From the NCBI GenBank assembly GCA_000004985.1, contig GG738896.1: a stretch of DNA of 64,000 nucleotides. One strand, 5' to 3'. This DNA is from Naegleria gruberi. Its lineage: Eukaryota. The notes below the pieces were generated by a model. The model saw only the letters and a program-made list of their open reading frames with translations. It did not search any database and was not told the origin of the DNA. The translations under genes and the position numbers were made by a program. Shown piece by piece: positions 54,253 through 64,000 of this stretch; the first letter of the stretch is position 1; each line of letters starts with the position of its first letter.

Positions 54253-56677
54253 ATGTCAATTCAAATATCAAGAGTCGGTTTGATGAACTCACTCTTGTTG
54301 ATTTGTATTCTTCTTGCAACATTGATGGTGAGTGGTATTGATACTACTGCTGCTGTTACTACTAGAACCAAATCAGCAGTGCCAACAATTCCCGCCAAAT
54401 ACTTTAAAAAATTACAAGGACCACCATCAGAGTTTTCTCTTCACGCTTATCCAAAGCCTTCCGAAGGAGCTATTCAATCAGACTTTTATTTATATGTAGA
54501 GAAGTTTAAAAAGAGTGAGAGCTTGAAGGCCTCGACAACACATCAATATGAATGGAGTGCTCGTGTTGCTGTTGATAGTTCTGAACAAGTGGATTTATCC
54601 TTACTCTCACAATATGTCAAGAGTATGCGTGTTCAAGTTTTGGATCAACATGGTACTGACATTACTTCAATGGCTAGTTTTGTTGTTGATGAGGAAAGTT
54701 TTGGAGCCTTCTCAGATGGTGAAAATAACTTGTTACCTTCAAAAACTTTGAGATTTGATGCCAACTCAATTCGTCGTTTGAAAATCAATCAAAAGAGCAA
54801 GCAAACTAGTATTGGAAGTAATTATATTGATGAATGGATTGTAAATGTTTTTGTTGATGCACCTGCTTCAGCTCCAACCTATTATGACGATGAAGCATTG
54901 CACTTGTTGGTCTATAATCAATCTCCACTTCGTGCCTATACTCAATTACAATCATATGACAATCAATTGGTTGGTGAAAATGTCATTATTGAAACTTTCA
55001 TGTATGATGAAGATGTAACTCCAGTTAAGGCAATCAATGATATTCCAAGACCAATTCGTGTCTTTGCCACTGCCACTGATGAAACAATTTTGAGTGCTCA
55101 AATGGAAATCTTGTCACCAAGTGGTCAAGAAACCTCTATCAACATGCTTGATAATGGTCTTTTGGGTGATCGTATGGAAAATGATGGAATTTACTCTGCT
55201 GCTCTCAATGCTCAAGAAGCTGGTGACTATGTTATCACTGTCTCAGTCAAGGGTGTTATCAAGGGTAATGCCGTAAAGAATATCTCACGTCTCATTAATC
55301 AAGATCTCGTTGAATTTGAAAGAAGTACACACCATGTTGTTTCAATTGTTAAAAAGTCACTCGAGTTGACTCAAAATGCTGTTTTCTCATTCAATGCTCC
55401 TTCTGTTAAAACTGCTCAAATTGCTGATGTCACCTCACAAATGGTCGACGTCAAGTTGGTTGCCAAGCCATTAGATGCTGACGCTTTAGGTAAAAAGTTC
55501 AAGGCCTATGCTGAAGTTTACTCTGCCGGTGATGCTAAATCAAGTGTTCCAATTGCTTTTGTTTCAGGTATGGCCATTGCTGAAAAGTGTGACGGTACTG
55601 AATGCCCAGAAGGACTTATCTACTTGCCACTCCAAATGAGTTTGGCTTGGGTTGCTTTGGCTAGACAACAATCTAATGGAGTTATTTCTGCTCCATTCAT
55701 TTTGAAGAATGTCAATATTCAAGATGTTGCCACCTCTAATATTATTACCAAAGCTGATCAAACTCTTCCTGAATTGACTAGTTGTCATATCAAGTTACCA
55801 GAACATACCTTGTACAATGCTAGACCAGTTGATATTAACTACTTTTTAAACACTCATGAAGGTATGGAAAAGTTTGATGGTGTCATTACTGAATCAATGT
55901 TGTTTGGTCCAAGACCAACTGAAATTGCCACTAAGAGCCTTACCTCTTCAACACAACACAAGGTCTTGCTTATCCATGGTTATTGTTCTGGTTATGCTCC
56001 ATTCCCAAGCTCTGATTTCACCAATGCTGTCTATTTCAGTGATCATAATGCCAACAGAAACAATGATGAATTTGCCAGTATGATTTTCGAACTTGGTCAA
56101 ACCTTTGATTCATTCTCAATGGTTGGTCACTCACAAGGTGGTCTTGCTTCATTGCACTTATTTGCTTATTATTGGACTCATGCTGACGTTGCTGCTGCCT
56201 CAAAGAAGACTTTGGCTGGTGAAACTAGAAGAATTATCCAATCTGTTGGTTCTCCATACAGAGGATCTGGTTTGGCTGGTGTTTTGGCTAGTATTGGTAA
56301 AGTTGTTGGAATTGGATGTGGTAAACAAACTGATTTGACCTATGATGGCGCCAGTAAGTGGCTCAGTTCTATTCCAGTTGCTGCTCGTCAAGCTCTCTAT
56401 TACTCTTACACTCAATATAAGGATTGGTCTTGGTGTTCATTGCCAGCTAATGTAAGTATTTTATTTTTTAAAACTCAATTTACCAACTATGTCAATTCTA
56501 AAGGCTGTTTTGAAATTACCAAACGATGGAACCTGTGAAAAGAGTAGAGCTTCTGTTGATGGTGCAAATCACTATGACAGCAAGAAGGGATGGTGTCACA
56601 CCAACAAGATGAAATACAAAGGTCAATGTGAAGACTCTGAAAGAAATGCCGTTCTTAACAAGTATGCCCAGTTGTAA
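54253..56677 (+). CDS. secreted alpha/beta-hydrolase (lipase/esterase-like, GHSQG nucleophile elbow) with a beta-rich N-terminal domain of about 500 aa, in two exons, about 54253..56451 and 56504..56677
   Basis: The signal peptide is MSIQISRVGLMNSLLLICILLATLMVSG. The hydrolase segment reads IHGYCSGY...MVGHSQGGLASLH. The 52-nt intron is gtaagt...ctaaag and joins in phase to ORF 56489, which is in frame 2. Confidence 0.65.
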
Positions 56678-56879
56678 ATAAACAACCCATACAGATTTCT
56701 CTCCCATGACCAAATATTATCTCTTGGATTACGACTGCCATAAATAACAATATGAAATAAGGAATATAATCTTATCAAATTTGTGGAAAAGATCACTTCT
56801 CAGCCAAGTTCAAATATGGCATATGACAAATCTCTCAAGATGCACACTAACCTAGGGATTGTTTTCAAGACCTGACTCG

Positions 56880-57372
56880 AGTTTGAATTATTTCGCTTAA
56901 TGTACCGAACTCGCAAGATCACCTCCAAAATGGTGTGTGAAAAGGTCTTTAGTGCAAATAGAAACCAAACTGGACCATTGCCCAAGGTGAATGTCGTTAA
57001 TGTTACATTGGCTTGCATGTGTTTCGGTGAAGGTGAATTCAATCAATTTCCATACTATATAGTATTACACTATAACCATTGAAGAATCCAAGAATTTGAT
57101 GGTTTGGGCTCTGAAGAATTCCGGCCAAAACTTTACAACCAAAGTACTTGATGCACCTTATATTTTGGTTTCTGAACATTTTCAAACAGAGCTGTTATAA
57201 AGAATCTATGGAACTCTTCAAGACTTATCCAGATGGGGCCTTTGGTATCCGGTTCTTGGTAGTTTTATTCAAACTTTCTACTCCGTTCCACTTTGGTCTT
57301 TCAAAAGTCAATATTTCACTCAAACAAATTGCCAGCTTCTTGTCAGGTGTGAGTTACACGAGTGTTAATTAA
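56880..57372 (+). pseudogene. decayed partial duplicate of the extracellular sensor-domain region of the downstream cyclase gene (about 58240..58750), with frameshifts and stops
   Basis: Three frames carry colinear similarity to the parent. VNVVNVTLACMCFGEGEFN matches parent YNITLANLCYGEGGLN. MVWALKNSGQNFTTKVLD matches FVWAKKNPGENFLTWILD. ELFKTYPDGAFG...GLSKVNISLKQIASFLSGV matches SLFQNYPQGAFG...LGISKVNISLTLIGKFLASV. The spacing matches the parent gene. Confidence 0.6.
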
Positions 57373-57906
57373 GGTTATTAGAAGTTTCTTGGATACCGAA
57401 AATGAAACACCACTTCACATTGAATAAAAATTCAATTCAAGTTACTCCATTGGTTTTATATTGTGAATGTTGATGTTGTGAATTAATTGTTGAAGGGAGT
57501 CTCTAGACCAGTAAAAGCACGAAATCGTAAAGTTTGACATTTGGCTTCTTTGGCTTCTAATAATTATACAGGGTCGGCCAACAACAAGCAAGAATAGTTA
57601 AGGTAATGTCCTTAATTGCTCACTTCCTTAATAGTATAAACACGCACCCTATGACCATTTCCAAGTTTTGATCTCTGCTTGTTAAATACCTCTCTGGATT
57701 GAGCGAAGAGTACCATTTTTCAATCTTTACCAAACTCTACAATCCATCTCTCTGTCAACTACCATCACCTCAAAAATAAAACAATGATCCACAACAAGTA
57801 ATTTCTTTTATCCTGATGCCAAATGATGTTTGTAATGGTAATAGTAGAGAGCATCTATCAAAATGACCTCTTTCCATTGTTTGATGCCTCAATTCTTTAA
57901 AACAAA

Positions 57907-60318
57907 ATGACTAGACGAATCGTTCCAGAAAATGCAGAATCCAGTTGGAAAGCAAGTCAAAAAGAAGAAGTTGAAGAGGAGGAACAATTGTTGGTCGCTG
58001 AGAAGAAGGAAAAGAGGCCTCTGATTCTTGGGATTTTACTTTCGGTTAGATTATTCTTGATTATTGTCATTATGAGTGTTGTATTATTGACGGCCTTGTC
58101 AATTTGGATAACTTCATACAAAGTCAATCAGGATCAAGCAATGGAAGCAGTTAATGTATTGATTTCGAATATTAGAGAAAAGGTTTCGAATTTCTTGAAT
58201 AGTCAATTGGTACCTGCCAAGCAAGTAGCTCAGCAAATGGCCTATGATTACCATAATAAGTATGTCAAAATAGATGACAGTGCCTTGCCATATGTCTTTT
58301 CAAAAATGAGAGTTTATAACATTACACTTGCTAACTTATGTTATGGTGAAGGTGGTTTAAATGCAATGCAAGCAGTTACAGTGGACGAAACTAAGGGATC
58401 TTTCGTTTGGGCAAAGAAGAATCCTGGAGAAAATTTCCTTACATGGATTTTAGATTCAGATACTGGAGCAGTTGTAAAATCGTATGGATTGATTCTTCCT
58501 GCCTATCCAGTTGGTAAAATGGACTATTATGTTGAATCGTTGAGTTTATTCCAAAATTATCCTCAAGGTGCTTTTGGAAATGTCTATCAAGTGATTAACA
58601 GTTCAATGCAGACATTCTTCTCTGTTCCAATTTATAACACAACGAATACTACATCAAAGCAAAGACTTGGTATTTCAAAAGTCAACATTTCACTAACCTT
58701 AATAGGAAAATTCCTGGCAAGTGTTGAAGTTTTGACACGTGGGTTTGTCATTGTTTCAGAATTCAACACAGATTATGTAATTGGTTCCTCCCTTGACATT
58801 CCAGAACTTTTACTCCAAAGAATTCACTCGGTCAACATTTCCCAGCACAATGCAGGAGAAATTATGAGAAAGTTTCATGAACTTTCGGGTAAAGTTGAAA
58901 CCTTCCAAACTACTCTAACCATTGGACAAACCACTTATCTTATCAGTTCTAGTGCGTATGTGTTTGAGAATATTAAATGGAGAATGACACTTGTCTTTGA
59001 GGAGAGTGAAATTATGGAAGGTATCATTGTAAGCAGTTACATCATTTTGGGAGTTACAGTTGGTGTTTGTTTATTAGGTATTTTGATAAGTGTTTTGATT
59101 GGAAATGTGGTGACGAATCCTTTCGTCCAACTCGAAAAGGATTTTAAAAAGATTGAAATGCTTGATTTGGCAAATATTAAGCCAAGATCGTCACTCTTCT
59201 CAGAAGCTGCAAATATTTATGCATGTTTAACTGCAACTGTTCAGTGGTTGAAAGATTTTAAATCTTTTCTTCCTGATTCAGTTTTGAATCAATTATCAGA
59301 TTCGAATAATGATACTTGTGATAAGGATAAGGATCCTCCTGGTGATTCATCATTAAGAGAAAGTGCAAGTGCCATTAATTTATCCAATCGCAAATCTGAA
59401 ACTCAATCAAGAATCAGTTCCCATCATGACAAGAAGAGAGACATGTTTAAATTGGGATTATCAGTCAAGGAATGTTGTGTTGTTAATGTCAGAATTAATA
59501 ACATGAATGAGAAATATTTCTCAGATCCTGATGTACTTTCACAAACAATTTCTAAGGTTTTAACTGGAATTTCAACAATTTGTAAAACAGTTCGAGCTGA
59601 TTTACAAATTAAGAGTTATGATGAATTTTTGGTGATTTTTGCTGATCGACCACAAGTTTCAAATATTGGATTGGAAACTGCATTGAAGATTGTTGCTGGA
59701 ATTGGTCATTTGAATGATAATTTGACAAGAAATGGTCATGGAAAGTTGATCAATTCCATTGGCATTGCCTCTGGAAATTCACTGCAAGGAAATGTTGGAA
59801 ACAAACAAACAAGATACTTTGCTCTTGTTGGCACAGTGATTGAAAGGGCAAAAGATTTGTGTTTCATGAGCTCACAATTCGAAACTCCAGTCTTGACTGA
59901 TCAAATCACTTTCAAACATGGTAAACAATTTGTTTTCAGACCAGTGGATAGAGTTAAAGATAAGGATGGAAATCTCTTCACTGTTCATGAATTGGTAAAG
60001 AAGAATTTGGTTGAGAATGATGAGTGGCTCTACGAATTGGAACAAAAGAGGCAAAACTCCAAGCACAACGATTATACTCTAAGTGTGGAGAAGCTCTTTC
60101 AAGCAAGAGAGAATGATTCAATTATTCCTACAGAAGAACTCAATTCAATTCGTGAATGTTTACTCTCCTATCAAGATGAATGTCCTACTGATAAGGTGGT
60201 AAAGAGAATGGCCAACCTCTCCACCCAAACAAATGATTTCTCCAATTATCATTCAAATGTTGCAAAGATTATAAGAAGCTATTTAAATGTTGATAGACCT
60301 GTACATATTAATGAATAA
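57907..60318 (+). CDS. receptor-type class III nucleotidyl cyclase homolog with ACG-like topology (TM, extracellular sensor domain of about 300 aa, TM, cyclase homology domain)
   Basis: The N-terminal TM is LILGILLSVRLFLIIVIMSVVLLTALSIWI. The second TM is IIVSSYIILGVTVGVCLLGILISVLIG. The cyclase-domain signature reads IKSYDEFLVIFAD ... IGIASGNSLQGNVGNKQTRYFALVGTVIERA. Several catalytic positions look substituted by eye. Confidence 0.7.
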   Translation: MTRRIVPENAESSWKASQKEEVEEEEQLLVAEKKEKRPLILGILLSVRLFLIIVIMSVVLLTALSIWITSYKVNQDQAMEAVNVLISNIREKVSNFLNSQLVPAKQVAQQMAYDYHNKYVKIDDSALPYVFSKMRVYNITLANLCYGEGGLNAMQAVTVDETKGSFVWAKKNPGENFLTWILDSDTGAVVKSYGLILPAYPVGKMDYYVESLSLFQNYPQGAFGNVYQVINSSMQTFFSVPIYNTTNTTSKQRLGISKVNISLTLIGKFLASVEVLTRGFVIVSEFNTDYVIGSSLDIPELLLQRIHSVNISQHNAGEIMRKFHELSGKVETFQTTLTIGQTTYLISSSAYVFENIKWRMTLVFEESEIMEGIIVSSYIILGVTVGVCLLGILISVLIGNVVTNPFVQLEKDFKKIEMLDLANIKPRSSLFSEAANIYACLTATVQWLKDFKSFLPDSVLNQLSDSNNDTCDKDKDPPGDSSLRESASAINLSNRKSETQSRISSHHDKKRDMFKLGLSVKECCVVNVRINNMNEKYFSDPDVLSQTISKVLTGISTICKTVRADLQIKSYDEFLVIFADRPQVSNIGLETALKIVAGIGHLNDNLTRNGHGKLINSIGIASGNSLQGNVGNKQTRYFALVGTVIERAKDLCFMSSQFETPVLTDQITFKHGKQFVFRPVDRVKDKDGNLFTVHELVKKNLVENDEWLYELEQKRQNSKHNDYTLSVEKLFQARENDSIIPTEELNSIRECLLSYQDECPTDKVVKRMANLSTQTNDFSNYHSNVAKIIRSYLNVDRPVHINE

Positions 60319-60334
60319 AAAATTTTACTTCTCC

Positions 60335-62533
60335 CTAAATTGTAAAGAAGAATCGCCTACACATTATATTAAATTCTTCTCCCCACTCATTATGATCATA
60401 TAAATCCAATTCTATATTGATTTCTCTCGAAATTAACAAATCGTTCATTCCACTAAATATTAATCCAATTTCACTCTTACATCTGGCCATATAAAAGAAT
60501 GAGCTTGCGAGTTGTTCTTTAATGTTTTCTCCCATATCATCCGAGTCGTATCTTGTATAGATAAAATCAATATAATACTTGAAATCCAAAATGGCAAGCT
60601 CATATTTTTTCAAGTCCAGTAAAGACATGGCTCTATTTCTATACGTGTCACTGATGTCATCAGAAAATTGAATATTATTACCAAAACGATCTATACAATT
60701 AGTATACCATAGTACAGCATTTAGATGATCCTCAGCAGCAGAGTAGGCAAATCCGAGATTGTGTGAATAGTTTTGCTGAGTTTCATCCAACAAGTCTGCA
60801 TTGTAAAAATCATTAATGGCCTCTTGATACTTTTCCAGAGAAATAAATGTAAATCCTCTATTATTGATAATAAAGGCATGTTGTTGTTTGAGCACCTTAT
60901 AGTCACGTATTCTTGCTAGCTCTTCTGTATTTTTAGCTCTTCGAGTTAGCTTCTTCAAGTCCTCAAATTTCTTGTATTCAGGAAGAATGTACTTGTCCAG
61001 TAATTTCTGATAGGTTTCTGCCGAATCGTTCAACCTTCCCATTAGCTTTAACTGTAGAGCCTTATTGTTGTAAAGAGTAATCAAGCTACCATCCTCGTGG
61101 CAGTCATTGTTACAAATACTGGAAAATCTATTGTAAAGGCATTCTCTGTAAAATCTCTCTGACAACCACTCAGGACCTTCAAACTCTGGTTTTGTAATTC
61201 TTTCGTGAAATTCTATTGCGTAATCAATCAGTTTTACTCTGGCACTATACTTTAACTGATCACGTAGGTAAATGGAGTATAAAATTGAATTCTTATAATT
61301 TGGAAAGATCTTGACACTAATTTTGAGGCAAGTCTTTGCTAATTTGAAATAATAGGCCCGCTCAGATTCCATCATAGCAAAGCATCCATACGACCAAAAT
61401 ATACTCCCACTCAAAGACAGCATTGTCTCAATCAACATGTGAGATGGAAGCATTAAATAATCCACACAATTACAATCCGTCTGTTTTACCTTTTCGAATC
61501 CTTTCGTAACAATACTGTAATTTTCCTCTCCTCCAAACCTGAGTAGATGTGACTTGTACAAGTTAAAGCACTCCTTGATATCTTTACGAGCCAATTCATA
61601 AATTAATTTCCCGGAAATTCTAGCACTAATACTCTTTGTATTGTCCAATTCATCATCATCACCAAATACCAGACTCTCAAACCTCTGAACAGAGTAGGTA
61701 GTCGAGTTGTTACCAAGAGTAAAGACCAAATCGCACAAGTATAAAGCTCTCTTTTCCAAGGCCTGTATCTTTTTCACTGCCACAAAAGTCTTGTCCTCGT
61801 ATTGCTCATCTAAATGTTGAAGCACGTAGGTAATGTCGCTCACTGCCGATAGACACAACCTCATGTCAGAATTCATAGTATCTTTACAGGCTGTCTTGTA
61901 GAAGGCATTTGCTCTATTCCAATAACACATGACATCTCCACAACAACATTTATGAACATCAAAATCCTCTTCGTTAAATGAAATTCCAAATCTTTGATCC
62001 AAATAATCAATATATCTCATCATTTCCACACAATCACATTCCTTTGTATCGTCTGCCACATTCTCATATCCATACAATTCATCTTTCAAATAATTGTACT
62101 CCTTTTCCAAATCCACAAATTGTTGCAAAAATCTCTCCTTCACTCTATCGCACACTTCAATAAATGCTTGTTCGAATTTTCTCTTGGTATTCTCCGAAGA
62201 GACAGGAAGTTTCTCCTTTGAATTTATCAACTTTTCAATCTTACTCAAGTAGGCAGAAGGTTCATAGCTAGTTTCTTGTTGATCATTCTTCTCTTCACCA
62301 CCAAAAACATCAAAATCATCTTCCGACTCCTTTACAAGTTGAGTGAGAAGAGTTGGATTCCATGGAGGAAAAGTCTCCTTCTTCTTTTTCAAGGCATTAT
62401 AATCTTCTGTTGTTATTGTTGTCGTGGTAGTTGAAGAAACTGTTGTTTCAGCTGTTGTACTATTAAAATCCTCTTCATTAGAATTGATACTAGTTGCCGA
62501 TAAATCTTCTTCACTATTATTATTATTAATCAT
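60335..62533 (-). CDS. TPR-like repeat protein (732 aa), function unknown
   Basis: The ORF is intact. TPR-like helical pairs are visible, for example YRNRAMSLLDLKKYELAILDFKYYID and NNRGFTFISLEKYQEAINDFYNA. The N-terminus is acidic and Thr-rich. Confidence 0.5.
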   Translation of the reverse strand: MINNNNSEEDLSATSINSNEEDFNSTTAETTVSSTTTTTITTEDYNALKKKKETFPPWNPTLLTQLVKESEDDFDVFGGEEKNDQQETSYEPSAYLSKIEKLINSKEKLPVSSENTKRKFEQAFIEVCDRVKERFLQQFVDLEKEYNYLKDELYGYENVADDTKECDCVEMMRYIDYLDQRFGISFNEEDFDVHKCCCGDVMCYWNRANAFYKTACKDTMNSDMRLCLSAVSDITYVLQHLDEQYEDKTFVAVKKIQALEKRALYLCDLVFTLGNNSTTYSVQRFESLVFGDDDELDNTKSISARISGKLIYELARKDIKECFNLYKSHLLRFGGEENYSIVTKGFEKVKQTDCNCVDYLMLPSHMLIETMLSLSGSIFWSYGCFAMMESERAYYFKLAKTCLKISVKIFPNYKNSILYSIYLRDQLKYSARVKLIDYAIEFHERITKPEFEGPEWLSERFYRECLYNRFSSICNNDCHEDGSLITLYNNKALQLKLMGRLNDSAETYQKLLDKYILPEYKKFEDLKKLTRRAKNTEELARIRDYKVLKQQHAFIINNRGFTFISLEKYQEAINDFYNADLLDETQQNYSHNLGFAYSAAEDHLNAVLWYTNCIDRFGNNIQFSDDISDTYRNRAMSLLDLKKYELAILDFKYYIDFIYTRYDSDDMGENIKEQLASSFFYMARCKSEIGLIFSGMNDLLISREINIELDLYDHNEWGEEFNIMCRRFFFTI

Positions 62534-63424
62534 GATGATGCTATTTTTTTGCTATTCTCACGGAATGAACAAAATGATGATGAAAAATTATTATTAGGTG
62601 TGATGATGAACCTATTATTCTATTATTTTGTGAGGATGTATTATTTACAAACTAATGGAATAAATATTAATGAAGAAGATATGAGGAGGTTCTTTTTTTA
62701 AAAATTAAAACAATGAAATAAATCGTGCGCACTCATCACATAATTTTTTTGAATTTAAATTTTAAAATTGAATTATAAAACCGAATATTCCTATTAATCT
62801 TTCTCCTTTTCCACTGCCAGTTGATGAGATTGATGTTGAACATTCTGTTGTGGCTATTATGATTGCTTCAATAAATGACATTCTTGGTTCATCAAAAGGA
62901 AACCAAAAAGGTCCAACACGGCCATCCTTAAATAAGTGTTTAAATGGAGCATCTCACCTAAAGAGTCAAGGCCAATTGTGTGTTTATTGCCTTAACATGA
63001 GTTTGAAATTGCCAAAGACAGAATTCAAAACAACGGATTTCATTTTTCCCGCCAACATGGAACTCTTATTAAGGAACCATAGCTATTGCCATCGGTACCA
63101 AATCGGACAAGATCCCTCCTTAATATTTTAATGTTGTCTGACTGAAAGGAAGCATAGGATGATGATCTCTGTGGCAAGCCACTAACCTCAATCAATCAAA
63201 TTCCTCAGTCCTCACAATGAGGTGAGGAGGAGTATCGACTGGTTAGTGTTCTTCCTTGCTTGTTAACAAAGAGTGCGGAAAGGATAAATTAAAGGAAATT
63301 AGCTTCTTGTTTGGAATGAGGCAAATGTCCTTCTTGATGCTCTTTGCGTTTCTTGTTTGGAATTTTTACACTCACTAACCATTTTATTAAAAAAACAAAC
63401 AAGATCTGCTGCAGTGGAATTTAT

Positions 63425-64000
63425 ATGACTCAAAGTAGTGCAATACAGCAACAAGAAGTGGTGGCTAAAAGGCAAACAACAACATCATCATCTCTGAACT
63501 CCAACAACATGACTGTTGGATCCATTGAAAGTGTCAACCTTAAGCTTGACATGGACATTTCGCCAAAGAAGGTTGTAAATAGAAAAAAGTCTCCAACTAA
63601 TAAGACACATGTATCATCTTCATCAATAACCATGTGGCCACATGAATCAAACTCTGTATTATCCTCTTCTGATATTTGTTCATCGAGTTCATCTCCCAGT
63701 AATACAACAACATCTAACAACAACATGGATCATCACAAGATTAAAAAGTCTCGGAAAACCATCAAGTACGAAACACATGTTTTTACATGCAATGACGAAC
63801 CACTAGTAGCATCAAAAAGAAAACTTATTGCCAAGTATGATTTGTTACGAGTGCTGCATTTACCTCAAACTTTGGCAAGTCAGGTACTGGGGTGTAGTTT
63901 CTCAACATTGAAGAGAAGATTCTACGAATCGAAAGAGGACTTGGGAATTGAGAAATGGCCTCAGTTTTATCAGGAAGTGAGGCATTTACCAATATTCGAG
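63425..64000 (+). CDS. second RWP-RK-like domain protein, 5' part (the open frame runs off the window end)
   Basis: ATG at 63425 opens a 192-codon frame without a stop to position 64000. It encodes ...LLRVLHLPQTLASQVLGCSFSTLKRRFYESKEDLGIEKWPQFYQ, which is an RWP-RK-type motif with KWP replacing RWP. The ORF track lacks it because it has no stop within the window. Confidence 0.55.
   Translation, partial: MTQSSAIQQQEVVAKRQTTTSSSLNSNNMTVGSIESVNLKLDMDISPKKVVNRKKSPTNKTHVSSSSITMWPHESNSVLSSSDICSSSSSPSNTTTSNNNMDHHKIKKSRKTIKYETHVFTCNDEPLVASKRKLIAKYDLLRVLHLPQTLASQVLGCSFSTLKRRFYESKEDLGIEKWPQFYQEVRHLPIFE

Noticed and set aside
1-64000. Ciliate or alternative genetic code (TAA/TAG encoding Gln) as an explanation for the AT-rich, short-intron sequence
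   Set aside because: ORFs of 2593 and 1500 codons are open under the standard code. Gln is encoded by CAA and CAG. Genes terminate at both TAA and TGA.
1-64000. Prokaryotic island, operon or defence-system interpretation (RNA ligase, methyltransferase, NMNAT, GyrI-like and peptidase genes look bacterial)
   Set aside because: These genes carry spliceosomal introns or eukaryotic signal peptides. They sit among unambiguous eukaryotic genes (IP3R, Maf1, SEC11, F-box). Genes alternate strands and show no operon-like co-orientation or RBS. The bacterial-like genes are better explained as old horizontal acquisitions or conserved families.

Overview
This window is AT-rich eukaryotic nuclear DNA, about one third GC by eye, read with the standard genetic code. 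It is not prokaryotic or organellar. Long ORFs end at TAA or TGA. A-rich start contexts (aaaaATG) recur. Many genes carry short GT-AG introns of about 40-210 nt with strong GTAAGT or GTATGT donors. Proteins contain Asn/Gln/Ser/His-rich low-complexity tracts. Taken together with an ACG-like receptor cyclase, RWP-RK genes, an IP3 receptor and a PAQR receptor, I infer an amoebozoan (dictyostelid-like) protist; that taxon call is inference only. The ORF track accepts TTG/GTG/CTG as starts (checked at 1643, 11902, 14291, 28819, 45526), so its start coordinates are unreliable.

I can support about 30 protein-coding genes on both strands, at roughly one per 2 kb. Recognisable products are: an NHL-repeat protein; a GyrI-like/Cass2 small protein; a PAQR receptor; a secreted polycationic Lys/Ala-repeat protein; an Rnl2-family RNA ligase; an NmrA-like reductase; an F-box plus Rab-like GTPase fusion; a secreted SH3b plus C39-like peptidase; an IP3 receptor (~2.7 kaa); RWP-RK proteins; a PAP2-like phosphatase; an NMNAT with an unknown N-terminal domain; a HemK/RsmC-like methyltransferase (NPPW motif); an AlaX-like editing protein; Maf1; SEC11 signal peptidase; a secreted GHSQG lipase-like protein; an ACG-like receptor cyclase; a TPR protein; and several low-complexity hypothetical proteins.

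I found no rRNA, tRNA, CRISPR array or obvious transposon.

The most notable observations are:
- a decayed partial duplicate of the cyclase sensor domain just upstream of the cyclase gene;
- a cyclase catalytic domain with substituted catalytic residues;
- secreted candidate antibacterial effectors (a polycationic protein and a bacterial-type lysin);
- an Rnl2-type RNA ligase in a eukaryote;
- an F-box/Rab-like fusion;
- an IP3 receptor with a non-canonical selectivity filter;
- an NMNAT fusion.

Hand-derived intron coordinates may be off by 1-2 nt.
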